Positions 52,201 through 63,189 of a stretch of DNA of 64,000 nt are shown piece by piece. This stretch comes from Owenia fusiformis (Eukaryota). Where the stretch lies: the NCBI GenBank assembly GCA_903813345.2, contig CAIIXF020000001.1:6138001-6202000 (forward strand). The letters are read 5' to 3'. Made by a program: the position numbers and the translations under genes. The stretch's first letter is position 1. Each line of letters opens with the position of its first letter. A model generated the notes under the pieces. The model made no database searches. It had not been told where the DNA came from and saw nothing but the letters and a program-made list of their open reading frames with translations.

Positions 52201-55200
52201 TCATGCATTCGATGCAAACTACTAGCGAACCACTTCAACTAAGAAATGGAAATATGATTCAAGGTGCAAAAAACTTTTTATCATCTAAGTGTCACAATCA
52301 CAGATACAGAAGCAAAACTCGAATTTAGCAATGAATGTTCAATTGATCCAATATGTAAAATTTCATTTTCTAATTTATAACGATCATCTTACCTTTTGCT
52401 CCTCTTCTTCCTGAAAAAAGAAGTAAATAAGTGAGAACAATAGTCAAAATGTTCGAAGATAAATACACAACAAGCACAGCAAGAAAAGGAAAACAAAGAC
52501 ATGGAAAATAAAATAACATTATCCCAATCTATGATCGATCCAATGCACAATTAAGATTTCCTATTGAAATGAGGTTACTATTAGTATTATCACCACATCT
52601 TGAAAACTAAATAATAGTCACTCGCCCTAGGCCTGGACCAGGATAATGACCATCATGGGCTGCCAATGTTGCCCTCAAGTCAATAAAGTATAGTGAGAAT
52701 AGTCATGATAATAAGGTGGTGATAATGGCTGACAATCCCCCTAACCAACCAATCAGGAATCATAAGTACAACACAAAACCGTAGTTATAACAAAACAAGT
52801 TAAAAATCAAATTAAAAATATATTTCGCCAGAACTCTTGACATTTAAAATGAAAACTCACAAATTTCAAACTTTACAATATGTGATGTTATGGTATGGTA
52901 GATATTATTATTCAATATCATGTAGTTTTATTTGGAGTGTAATGAGTGAAGCTTATCCGCCATGATTTATGCATGCCAACACAAAACCGTAGTTATAACA
53001 ATACAAGTTGAAAATCAAATTTAAAATATATGTCGCCAAAATTCTTGACATTTAAAATGAAAAACTGTGCTTTCAAAATTTTTACTCATAACTTTCAAAT
53101 TTTACAATAAGCGATGCTATGGTATTGTAGGTATCACTCTTGAAAATACATTATGTAATGAGTGAAGCTTATCCGCCATGATTTATGCATGCCTAAAATT
53201 GAATGCTAATTCAAAATCAATGTTAATCATATCAGGTAAGATACGCAAGGCAATACTGAAGCATTTACATGTTATTAGAGAATAGACTAGAACGATCAAC
53301 TTGGTTTTCAAGGTTTTGTTATTCATAACATTGTGATTTTGTCCGTTTATAATGGAATTCATCCATAATAACTGACACAATGTAACAAATAAACCATAAC
53401 ATTTCTTGAATGTTGAACGATTAATCGCAAGCTTTAAATTTAAGATAATTTGCAGCTTAGAGTTAGCCAATGTTTCAGCAAGTATTATTTTTTCTACATT
53501 GTTTCACATTTCATCCACAGACCAAAGGTAGTTCATGTTATCCGTTGTCATTCCATGTAATAAGAATGTCGATAAATAAAACCTAGTTCCTAATTTTCAT
53601 TCGGAAGATTATTGTTAGAGGGAGTGAAATTTGAAAAATAATATGAAAAGCACAAGGTACAAAGTTCCATTCCCAATTCTTATTGTTATATTATAATGCC
53701 GTGTTTTCATATCTAAAGCTGTGATGAAGTAAAATATGTTAAAGCGAAACGACGTTTAGGCAATCCGTGCTTAGATGTAGAAATAGTTACAGGTGGGTAT
53801 CCGCCCCAGAACTTGAACTAAAATTAAATAAACACAAACGATCATACTAAGATGACAGTTTATTCATAAAACATTGTGTAAATTTGCAGTATATTTTAAT
53901 CTAACATATTATATATGCGTGTATATTAGCTATGTTTTATAAATCACTGTCTTACCCATCCAGCTTTCTCGCGGGCTTCCTTTTCCTAAAAGGAGAGAAA
54001 TATTGCATTGATCCCTTCACATGGAAATTGGACCAGACAATGCAGAAATTATATAAGACTTACTGCAGACATTGACAAAAGATTATAAACAAGAATAAAC
54101 AACTACATTCCACACTACGTTAACATAAAAGACTGAGTAGCAACAATGAATGTTGAAACTTGAAAAACATATTTTCACATGATTAAAAAGTATGTACGAC
54201 TCCAAATATCCAACAACCCCATTCAAATAGTATTAGTATAACAACTACATGTAATTAATGAAGAAGGGTGAATACTCTAACCATCTGCTTACCTTTTCTG
54301 TCTCTTCCTTGTTTTCCTGGAAGATTAAATCAGTGTTTACACATATTAAATTTATATAATGGATGTAATGTCGCAGTTGTTGCAAACAAGGACAATAATG
54401 TTACACATTTTTGCATTTTATAGGTAGGTGTAGGTCGTGTGCATATTGCATTTTTAGGTTATACAAGAATCCATTTTAGAATACATTGACATTAGAAACA
54501 TTATCAATCACGCTGACATACACTCTTCTCCAACGTGAACCCCCCCCCCCCCCCCCCATTGCATTAGTTAAAACCTAATTATATTTAGACTCCAGATTGA
54601 AAATCTGGAGTCTATTGCTTTTGCCAGTTTTCTTATTCTTTCTTTCTTTCTTTCTGAACACTTTTTCTCAGCAACTAGAAGAACTTACACTCCCCTCCAT
54701 AAGTTTGGCAACCTTTTTTCTCCATTGAACTACGTGTTAAAGCCTCTTTACGTTTGAATTTTTATTTACTTAACCGGCGATGAAATAACTTATAATATTA
54801 ATGAAGACGTAACTTGACTTTATTTCCAATACCTCCAAATTTTCTCAATTTTTTTCCTCAATTACAATAGGTCGAAAATTGATGATAAATTTGATGAATT
54901 TTTGAAAATCGTCATTCCCATGTAATCCAATGGGAAATGGAGGGTTCGGGGCAAATCAGAAATCAGAATATCTTTTCAGTAAAAGATTCAGCAAAAAATA
55001 TTTTCATATAGAAAATTGAATTGTCTAACTTTTTTGAACACTAAGTGTTTAGTTTATTTGATGAATATTAAAGTTACAGCGCTCAAAGTCATTTTTGAAA
55101 AGAATTTTTCGCCTCCTGTGTTATTTCAATGGGAGAGGTTTTTTGAAAAACAATTTTGACTTTAAAGCCCTATAACTTTGTTGAACCTGAAGAAACATAT

Positions 55201-58200
55201 CAATTTTTTGTTAAATAAAGTTAGCAAATTCAATTACCTGCCTGACTCGTATTTTTTGCAAGGACTCGAATGGATGGATATTCTGTCATATGACTTGCGG
55301 CAAACCTACCATTTCCCATTGGTTAACATGGAAATGTCGATTTTCAAAAATTCATCAAATTCATCATCAATTTTCGACCTACTGTAATTGATGAAAAAAA
55401 TTGAGAAAATTTGGAGGTATTGGAATTAAAGTCAAATTACGTTTCCATCAATAGTATAAGTATTTTCATCGCAGGTTAAGTAAATAAAAATTCAAAGGTA
55501 AAGAGGCTTTAACACGTAGTTCAATGGGGAAAAAAGGTTGCCAAACTTATGGAGGGGAGTGTACTTTAACCTACTTACATGGCTAGCATAACCCATCAAC
55601 CTAGTTTCTGGGAAATTAGGTCAAATTTGTATCTAGGTCAAAGGTCAAGAACTAGCTCAAATTTAGGTCAAATCAACATTCTGTCAATTATCTTCGTTGT
55701 TGTTTGTCGTTACTCCTTCATCTTTATTTCATAAGCTATATGACTCTTTAGTCCAGCCTATACTAAACTATGGTTCATCTATATTTGGCCTCAACCAACA
55801 TCAATGCCTGAACAATGTTCAAAATAAAGCTGGCAAGTTCTTTCTAGGTGTAAACAAACGCACTAGTAATGAGGCTGTTAGAGGAGATCTCGGATGGGAC
55901 ACTCCACATTTAAAACAAAAGGTGGAATGTGCTAGGTTGTTCATTAAACTGAAGTCCATGAATCAGAATAGGCTGAATTTTAAAATACATGAATGGTCCA
56001 TTAAACGGAAAAGCAGTTGGGACTTTAAAGTTAATTCAATGTTAAATACATGTAATATAAATTTCACTGGTCATACCAAGGACATTTTAAAACAGTTTAC
56101 TAACTCTCTTCGTAATTCTGATAAATTTATCCATAACATATGGGATGATAGAAATAATGAGATTAATGGCAATAAATTGAGGCAATATAGACTGTACAAA
56201 TATGGTGTTTGCAAGTAAGGGTATTTGGCCCTACCAAAGCATCACCGTAGGTCACTTGCGAGATTCAGAACTGGTACTTTGGCCTTAGCAATTGAAGCAG
56301 GGCGCTACACAGGTATACCATTACACGAAAGGAAATGCTTATTGTGTGACATGGATTGTGTAGAAGATGAAAAGCATTTCTTATTAGAATGTAGCCATTA
56401 TGATGATCTAAGATGTGATTTTTATGAAAATGTTAAACAGAAATTGCCTTATTTAGATGTAACATCAGTCAATTCTACACTTCTTTTTGTCTCCATAATG
56501 AATTGTACTTCACTCCACAATTTGTTTCCCTTGACATCAGTGTATAAAATTTGCACCAGACACAAAGATCACTTTTTTATAAAGAAAAATTGTAAGAAAT
56601 TCAGCCATCTTGAATCTCTTCTTGAGTTAAGCCCATTTGTCCCCTAGCAACAACATATAAAATTTGAATCAAATCTGTCAACTAGCATTTGACAATGGCG
56701 GTCATTTTGAATTGAGAAGCCATATGGAAAATTCTTGCTCGAGCAGAGGTCCTTTATCCAAAAGGCATAAGCCTATTAACTCAGTCAACGACAATTGAGT
56801 TATCGACTAGACAGTTAGCACAAATGTATTTTTGTTCTGACCCATTTATATCAATGGCAACCACCTGTCATTTGTTACAGTCACCGATCGCCAAATACCA
56901 CCCACAAACGTTTGGAGACTGCAACAACATGTTACCACTTGTGGTGGTGACATAAAAAATGTCAAACCTTTTTCGAATGAGAATGTATAACGGTTCAGTA
57001 CGTTTAAGACATAACATTCGAGGGGGATGAGTGCATGTCACAGGCTGTAATGATTTGATGTGAATATTGGAGAGAAGGAGCAAAGTTTATAAATGTAATA
57101 ATTGCGAGAGAAAAGTATATCTAATGAATTGTGATCATCATATTCCTTACCTCTTTGTCTTCTTTCTTATCCTCGCTGGATCCCTACAAAATATAAATCA
57201 GACGGCTCTCGATAAGGAATTTTACATCATTTGCAAAGGACCGGGTATACAATGGCAAATGATTTTGGACAGTCATATATTTCACCATGAGTACTTTCCG
57301 GCCATAACACAGTGGTTTTTATTAAAACAATATGTTTTCTTTCAAGTGAAGTCCACGTGATAATAAAAGAGAGAGTACTCATGGTGAAAGATATGACCGA
57401 CGTCTAAAATCACTTGCCATATACCTGAACCACTAAATTAATATTGCTATTTTCCTAAATTGTAAAATGATCTTTAATCTTTCAAGTTTTATATTACTGC
57501 ATTAGGAGTCTTTCTATGGATTGATAATATATCGCATATGTGCTCTGTTTGTATTGTATTACATTGACCACAACAATGTACAATGTATTATGAATAATTT
57601 GTAAATAACATGGAGAACAATCTAAATAGAATGAACTGAGAATACTAGATGAAGAGAATTATGAGAAGAAGACGTCTGTCACATAATATAGATAATTAAT
57701 CAACAGATACAAGAATATCAGTATAATATAATCAGTGATACATTAAGACAGAAATTATATCATAAAGACTAATTAAAGAAGCGTTACATGAAATGAAGGC
57801 CAAAAGAAAACATAACAGAAGACAATATATGACACTGTATAAACTAATCACAGCTAATATAATCGTAATATCATAAAGTATACTCTAGTTGTGTTAGACA
57901 ACGTTAGACATGTAAACAAACATGTCCCATTAAGTTACATTATCATGTTAAGGCATGCCAATAATATGTTTGTCACGTGACGTTCACACGTTGACTTACC
58001 CATGGATCTTCGTCGTCTGAATCTTCCTACAAAGGTCAAACTTAAAATTAAATTATCTCCTACTGGAAAATAAGAATTGAGTTAATGATCAATTATATTT
58101 CACTTTGAGATGTGATTTGACAGGATTTGTATAATCTATCGGAGCATGCGATAAGCACAAAAATGTAAATACAAAGCAGTAATCACTTCATTTTATATGA

Positions 58201-61200
58201 ATTCATGATTAAGTAAGGAAAACAAAACTAGAGGTTTTACCCATTCAGCTTTCTTCTTTTTGAATACTGCCTTTTCAGGTTCCTTTGGCTGAAACAAAAT
58301 CAGTTGCGAGAAGATAGAAAATGGATCACTGGTGTGATAAATACTGATGGCAATGATATATGTTAGAATGATGCCCGTTTCAGTATTATCAAATCATATA
58401 ATATACAATAAATGGTTATGTATGATTACAGTCATCATATCCTTATATTACCTTTTCTTCCTCTTTTTCTTCTTCATCAGATTCCTCCTGTAAACGAAAT
58501 ACACAACGAGGTTAAATCGACTCGGAGACTGGGGGTTGTTTTGTTTTATTTCATGTGCATCTTATTTCTGATATATTTTCCGAATTGAAATATAATTGAA
58601 TTGTTTCGTCTATTATACGTATTTAAATACATGTATTATTTCTTAGTTTCTAGCTTACCCAATCAGCTTTCTTCTTTTTAAAAACTGCCTTTTCAGGTTC
58701 CTTTGGCTGAAATAAAGTCAACGTTTCTTTTGAAATTATGTAATTTGCATATGAAATTTTCTCAGGAAGATTTTAAGATATATATGTTTTAAGAGTTTAC
58801 AATCAATTGTATATATTTATAAAACATATAATTCACTCTCTTCAATAGATTTTCAAATTAATACCTTTTCTTCCTTCTGTTCTTCATCAGAATCCTCCTG
58901 CAAGGCCAAAATTGATAATAAATTAGTTTGTGTTTTTTAAACAATTTATCAACAGATTTTATTTTCATTAATAAACATAAGTACGTGATGGATCCGGTTA
59001 CCAGTTGTATTATTATGTGTCATTTAGCCAATGTTCTTGTATGACATTTGTGTGTAGGCTTTGTGTTAAATTTTTTCATACACATAACATCTAGGGTAAA
59101 TGTGCTTGTTAACGAATTGCATGTCATGATAGGAGAATATTGCATTTGACCAATTTGCTTTGAACTAATATTCAAAATCAAATCCAAATGAGAGCAAATT
59201 ACATGGAACTTATAATTGATAAAATGCATTAGTTATATAAGCGATCTGCCCGACCAGTTGACTATAAGAAAAAAATAGTACATACCCATTCCTTTTTACG
59301 GCGAAATGTAGGCTTGGGTGGTTCCTGGGGAAGATGATAGAAAGACAGGGTAATGTAATGATTGCAGGAGATTTGAATTCTTTTTCTTTCACAAGTTCAT
59401 TCTTTTGGCAGATAAAAGTATGAAATGTGAAAGTGAATCCAAATACATGGTGAACAAACACTACAAGTACTGTAACACTGGCGGATCCCATGCCACCCCC
59501 CCCCCCCCCCTCTACAAATTCTTAAGGCCCCAAAATATTTTGTAGAGCCTCAAAAATGGGCCTTTTTGGCATAACTTGGCCTTTTTCAAAAATGGACCTT
59601 AAATTTTCAAAATTAATCTATTTTTCAAGATTTGATGTGTCCCCCCTCCTTCCTAGTTTCTGGACTCGCCGGTGTGTAAGGTATAATTACTATTGATGAT
59701 TAGCTAAGCATACATGGTCAGGGAATGAGAAGCCAGCAAAGAATTTTTTCTAAGGATATTTTCAAAAGAACTTAATGGCAACTAAGATATTCGTATTTTG
59801 TCAAGGTTTTGAATCCTGGTAGGATATATACCTTCTTTTCCTCCACTTCCTCCTTCTTCTCATCCTTCACTTCTTCTTTTCCCTGCGTATAAATATTATA
59901 TAATTTCAAGTGATGGTAATAAACAAGGTTCAGTATATGCAGAGATCCATATGGATTCCTCTGTACAGGATCGGCGGGGACATGATTTTAGTTGTGGCTA
60001 TATTTTCCATGTTAAATTATTTCAAACGTTTTTACATTTCTGTTTCAGCCTTGGCTTTGTTTTATAATGGGGTTAGATGTTCAAATGACTGTTTATTATT
60101 TCGCTTTGGATTATTCATTTCATATTCTTATACATAGGTATATATAAAACGCAACCTTTTAAAAATTGGTTTGACTTTTTAAATTTTTGATCCAAAATCA
60201 TAATTTGCATACCAAAATAAAAGTTTAATCTACGGTATAAAATTGCTAGCCCTGCCCTATGAATTGTACACTTTTACTTGAATAAAATATGTTACCAGAG
60301 TCTCACCTTAACATGTGTTGTGCCATGAACAAATAAACATAATATGCATAGTGCAGCTGAACGGATAAGGCCTGATGAGCACCCAGCTAATTAATAGTCC
60401 TGGTGCAAACCCCAGTGATTATAGGATATGGAAAGGTCTCCAAGAGATGGTATAAAGGCACACAATCTCAAAGATTGCTGAAGCTGGCAATCTTAATTGC
60501 TAAAGCTGGCAATTAAGACAAGTTGGATGAAACTAGTCAAGATTTCACAGATACTGCCATATTAGCGTGGCGCGACTAAGGCTATCATCAAAGAAGTTGG
60601 AGGGCCAATTTAACTCCCTTTTGAGGACGATTACAATCCAAGTTGAAGGACATGTTATATTATTTTATTACCAAGGGCCTATAAACACTTTATATTGTTT
60701 TTTTAAAGTAGCGTTTTTCTGGCCCACCCTGTAGTTAATGTGTTTGAAGTATTCTAGTATTGCCCTTTACCTCCTCTGTTTCCTTCTTTGCCTCCTCTTC
60801 ATCTACCTCTTCCTTTTCTTCCTGCAAAAGTAGGTCATTTCCATTTTGCAGTATCTTCATTTAATAAGAGCATTGGCCGTGGAAGTTGAATGCCATTCTA
60901 TTAGCATCATTTTTGCAAAGAACAGTGAACATTAAGTTCAAACTGGCCAACTCCAAAATGACCTAAATCTTTTAAGTGTATGGTCTAGAACCTGGCAATT
61001 GAAATTTAAAGCATCTAGCTAAAAGTGTTCATTTAGTTTTTCGCTCAAACCGACAAAAAAATATTCAAATGTCTCGGCTTTACTTTGATGGCGAAATGAT
61101 CCCCCAAAAGCAATCACACAAGCACCTGGGTTTCATCTTAGATGAGAATTTGACTTTTAATGACCATATAAACTATCTGTCTAATAAAGTTCAAAAACTG

Positions 61201-63189
61201 TTAAATCCTTTGAAACTCATATCAAACAAAATACAGTCGCACCATCTTGAAATAATGTATAATTCATATTTGGAGTCTCATTTTGACTATTGTAGCTCCA
61301 TTTACGGATCGTCATCCTTGGCGGCCTTATCAAAGCTTGATAAAATCCACTTCCAAGCTGCTGTTATATGTACTGGGGTACTGCATGGCTCTAACACCTC
61401 AAAAACTTTAAAATGTTTACAGTGGAAACCGCTTACTGACAAAAGACACGAAAAAATCTAAGACTGATGTTCAAAATTGTAAGAAAGGAAGTGCCTTATT
61501 ATGTCCATAGTCTTTTTGACCAACATCGCAACCAAGCAACTAGAATTTTAAGACACTCCTTACCCTTTTCCTGCCCAAGAAATATTTCAATGAGACTCTC
61601 CAAACCACCAGTTTTAAAACTTATAAATGCTTCGAACCAGCTAAGCCAGACTTTTCGTGAAATTCAAACCATTTCTAGATTCAAAAGCTCTATTAAATAG
61701 ATATTTATCCCTATTTCAAACTTCATACCAACTACAAAACTAAATTAAGTAGAACCAACGAAAAACTGCTAAATAGGCTTCGAGTTGATTTTGCCCTTAA
61801 AGAGCATTTCTTTATTCATAATTTTACTGGAATAATTGACAACAAATGCCTCTGTGGCTCTACTGAAGACACAAAGCATTTCATTCTAATCTGCCCTCGC
61901 CATACCTATGAACGTAGACTAAATGATGACTGCACTTCGTGAACAAAATGTATTGTTTGATACTGAACTTATTTCTAGTAAGACAGAACAGGTCAAATAC
62001 TTAATTTATGAAAATGAACTCACTATTGATTCTCAGAAAATCCTGATAGATATAGTGATGCAATTTGTACAGCCCTGTTATAAGTTTCCAACAAATTAAT
62101 GTTATTATCATTTGTATCTTGTGACAACCCCCCTCCCTCCCAACCTCTCACATTACCAATAACCATCTATGATTACTGTAATTAATCCTCTATTGTAATT
62201 TAAACTACCTAGAATGCCTATGGCGATTGGTAGTAGATATTTTGTGTATTTTCTGATTATGAAATAAATAAATAATATGTTTAAAAAACTTTAAGTACAA
62301 GTAGATGCAAGGTATTAAAGTATTCTAGATCTTGAGACCCTGTGACAGAGGGTACGTTTTAAGAAGACATACGACTAGTAGCATGCAAAAGCCATCGAAA
62401 CCTTTTAATTATAAAAGCAAATTGGCTTAATCTCTATCATAATATTACTTCATGTTCGATGATCATGTCTAACGTTATCTTTATGCTCCAGCGATAGTCT
62501 AACTGTCCTTACCTTTTCCTCATCCTCTTTTTCTTCTCCATCAACTGCGTCCTGTAACAACAAGACAAAAATGTACTTTAATGTACAGTATGACCAGCTA
62601 AAGATGTCATTCAATGAATGCTTCCTCGTACAAACTTAGTTAACACAAAATGAAAGTCCACTTGTCCACGTGATATACGAATACGTATGAGATTCATTTT
62701 CCATGAGTATTTAAGTCATATGTTATATCTAATTCAGTACTGTTCATCATTATTGAAATTTGAAAGTATCAGAATGTTTATAATTATCTTTCTAACAACT
62801 CAAAGCCAAAAATAGTCTTCCACATATCCTATACAGGTACAGATTTTAAGACTTTTGGGCAGTTAATTATGTAATGATCGAGACTCTAATCTAAACAGCT
62901 AAGGAGACAAGACACATACAACACTGACGGATCAAGCCCCTCCCCTTGGTGGGCCCAAAAAATGTTAGGGCCCCAGAAATATTTGGGACCAAATAAAATT
63001 GTAGGGCCTCAAAAAAGGGCCTTTTTGGTCATCATTTTTTCCTGACTCAAAATCTGTCCCCCCCCCTCCCCTCCCTCTTGTTGGCTTTTTGGATCCGCCA
63101 GTGTATTGCAAAAACAGCAATTGAAATACATGCATCACACAATTATCTTCTACCTTTTCCTCCCCATCTTCTTCCTTTTCCTCCTTTGC
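28248..63189 (-). CDS. Giant micro-exon gene encoding a Glu/Lys-rich repeat protein with 19 F-K/R-rich-W|[DE][DE]S modules (5'-partial, ~830 aa in window)
   Basis: 49 phase-0, stop-free exons, each a multiple of 3, in transcript order: 63154-63189, 62513-62551, 60771-60821, 59832-59882, 59286-59324, 58865-58897, 58659-58706, 58452-58487, 58241-58288, 58000-58026, 57151-57183, 54293-54316, 53956-53985, 52393-52410, 52085-52129, 51751-51792, 51182-51229, 51012-51053, 50733-50762, 50350-50373, 50024-50050, 49712-49753, 49361-49411, 46652-46693, 46404-46454, 45305-45346, 44964-45008, 41824-41865, 41521-41568, 40738-40779, 40481-40552, 40119-40160, 39642-39749, 39426-39467, 38946-39053, 38730-38771, 38324-38434, 38073-38114, 36464-36586, 36059-36100, 35693-35773, 33239-33280, 32788-32862, 32623-32667, 32235-32300, 32081-32107, 29133-29291, 28536-28592 and 28248-28280 (EDSDDEDPWG*). 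All have AG acceptors. Donors are GT except two GC. Confidence 0.88.
28665..29087 (-). mobile_element. Copy of the 657-1066 element in reverse orientation
   Basis: Reverse-complement similarity over its length, with ends TAGATGCGAGTAG / CTACTCGCATCTG. Confidence 0.8.
29139..29249 (-). repeat. Coding 21-nt repeat (KEPTPPP)x5 within exon 29133-29291
   Basis: Translation KEPTPPPKEPTPPSKEPTPPPKEPTPPPKEPTPPPKE. Confidence 0.85.
31086..31225. mobile_element. Second copy of the 140-bp palindromic MITE
   Basis: Reverse complement of 17756-17895. Confidence 0.75.
33471..34133. mobile_element. Internally deleted, diverged copy of the CACTCCCC MITE
   Basis: Same TIRs and body as 4069-4944, with deletions. 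Confidence 0.85.
35292..35610. mobile_element. GC-rich MITE with CAGGGGCGGAT/ATCCGCCAGTG termini and 5-bp TSD
   Basis: TATAA on both flanks (35287-35291 and 35611-35615). Confidence 0.75.
36800..38040 (-). mobile_element. Decayed CR1/L2-type LINE reverse-transcriptase fragment
   Basis: ORF 37165-37365 contains INAGVPQGSALGPLLFPIYITD (GVPQGSxLGPLLF RT motif) and a frameshifted YADD. Boundaries are approximate. Confidence 0.7.
38644..40027. repeat. Recent ~696-bp tandem duplication carrying one basic-W exon and one acidic exon per unit
   Basis: Exon pairs 38730/39426 and 38946/39642 are both offset by exactly 696 bp, and the intron sequence is nearly identical. Confidence 0.92.
42511..44325. 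mobile_element. 1.8-kb non-autonomous foldback element with CAC termini and 5-bp TSD (Transib-like)
   Basis: TCCAT-CACGCCTAACCATCGCGTA ... TACGCGATGGTTAGGCGTG-TCCAT. TIRs ~470 bp, plus an inner inverted repeat at ~43115-43240 / ~43510-43650. Confidence 0.8.
45557..45830. repeat. Degenerate (ACTAT/ACTAC)n pentanucleotide microsatellite
   Basis: Read directly from the sequence. Confidence 0.85.
45917..46236. mobile_element. AT-rich MITE (CACTCTTAAAAAT TIR, TA TSD)
   Basis: TA-CACTCTTAAAAATTATTACTTG ... CAAGTAATTCATTTTTAAGAGTG-TA. Confidence 0.75.
46808..47560 (+). mobile_element. Heavily decayed Tc1/mariner-superfamily transposase remnant
   Basis: 47196-47253 reads like a degenerate WP.RSPDL.P.DFF.WGYLKE (CCGAACTTCTTTCACTGGGGTTATTTGAAAGAG). 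Boundaries are approximate. Confidence 0.45.
47792..48816 (+). mobile_element. Decayed mariner-derived element (CAGGGTGA TIR, TA TSD)
   Basis: TA-CAGGGTGATCACTAAGTTC ... GAACTTAATGCTCACCCTG-TA, with internal remnants FHCNNAPSY and LAHASYSP. Confidence 0.75.
52769..53192. repeat. ~210-bp imperfect tandem duplication in an intron
   Basis: AACACAAAACCGTAGTTATAACAA ... GAAGCTTATCCGCCATGATTTATGCATGCC occurs twice. Confidence 0.8.
54688..55561. mobile_element. CACTCCCC MITE, full-length copy
   Basis: TA-flanked and near-identical to 4069-4944. Confidence 0.9.
55697..56600 (+). mobile_element. 3' fragment of a non-LTR retrotransposon ORF2 (RT C-terminus + CCHC zinc knuckle)
   Basis: LYDSLVQPILNYGSSIFG..KFFLGV..TSNEAVRGDLGW, then RFRTGTLALAIEAGRY..ERKCLLCDMDCVEDEKHFLLEC. 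The reading frame is broken between the two ORFs. Confidence 0.8.
57244..57425. mobile_element. Small palindromic MITE-like insertion
   Basis: ATGGCAAATGATTTTGGAC..TTTCACCATGAGTACT is mirrored by AGTACTCATGGTGAAA..CTAAAATCACTTGCCAT. Confidence 0.6.
59476..59674. mobile_element. GC-rich CACTGGCGGAT MITE with 5-bp TSD
   Basis: TGTAA on both flanks (59471-59475 and 59675-59679). Confidence 0.7.
60900..62280 (+). mobile_element. 5'-truncated CR1-like LINE 3' end
   Basis: ORFs 61069-61700 (HKHLGFILDENLTFNDHI, MYNSYLESHFDYCSSIY, LQWKPLTDKR), then C.CG..EDTKHFILICP, ending in an (AAAT)n/A-rich tail at ~62262-62289. Confidence 0.8.
62922..63103. mobile_element. GC-rich CACTG(A/G)CGGAT MITE copy
   Basis: Termini CACTGACGGATC / GGATCCGCCAGTG. 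No clean TSD. Confidence 0.65.

Noticed and set aside
28248-63189. Naming the micro-exon gene as troponin I/T, caldesmon, neurofilament or titin
   Set aside because: Only compositional resemblance; no diagnostic domain of those families is in the window.
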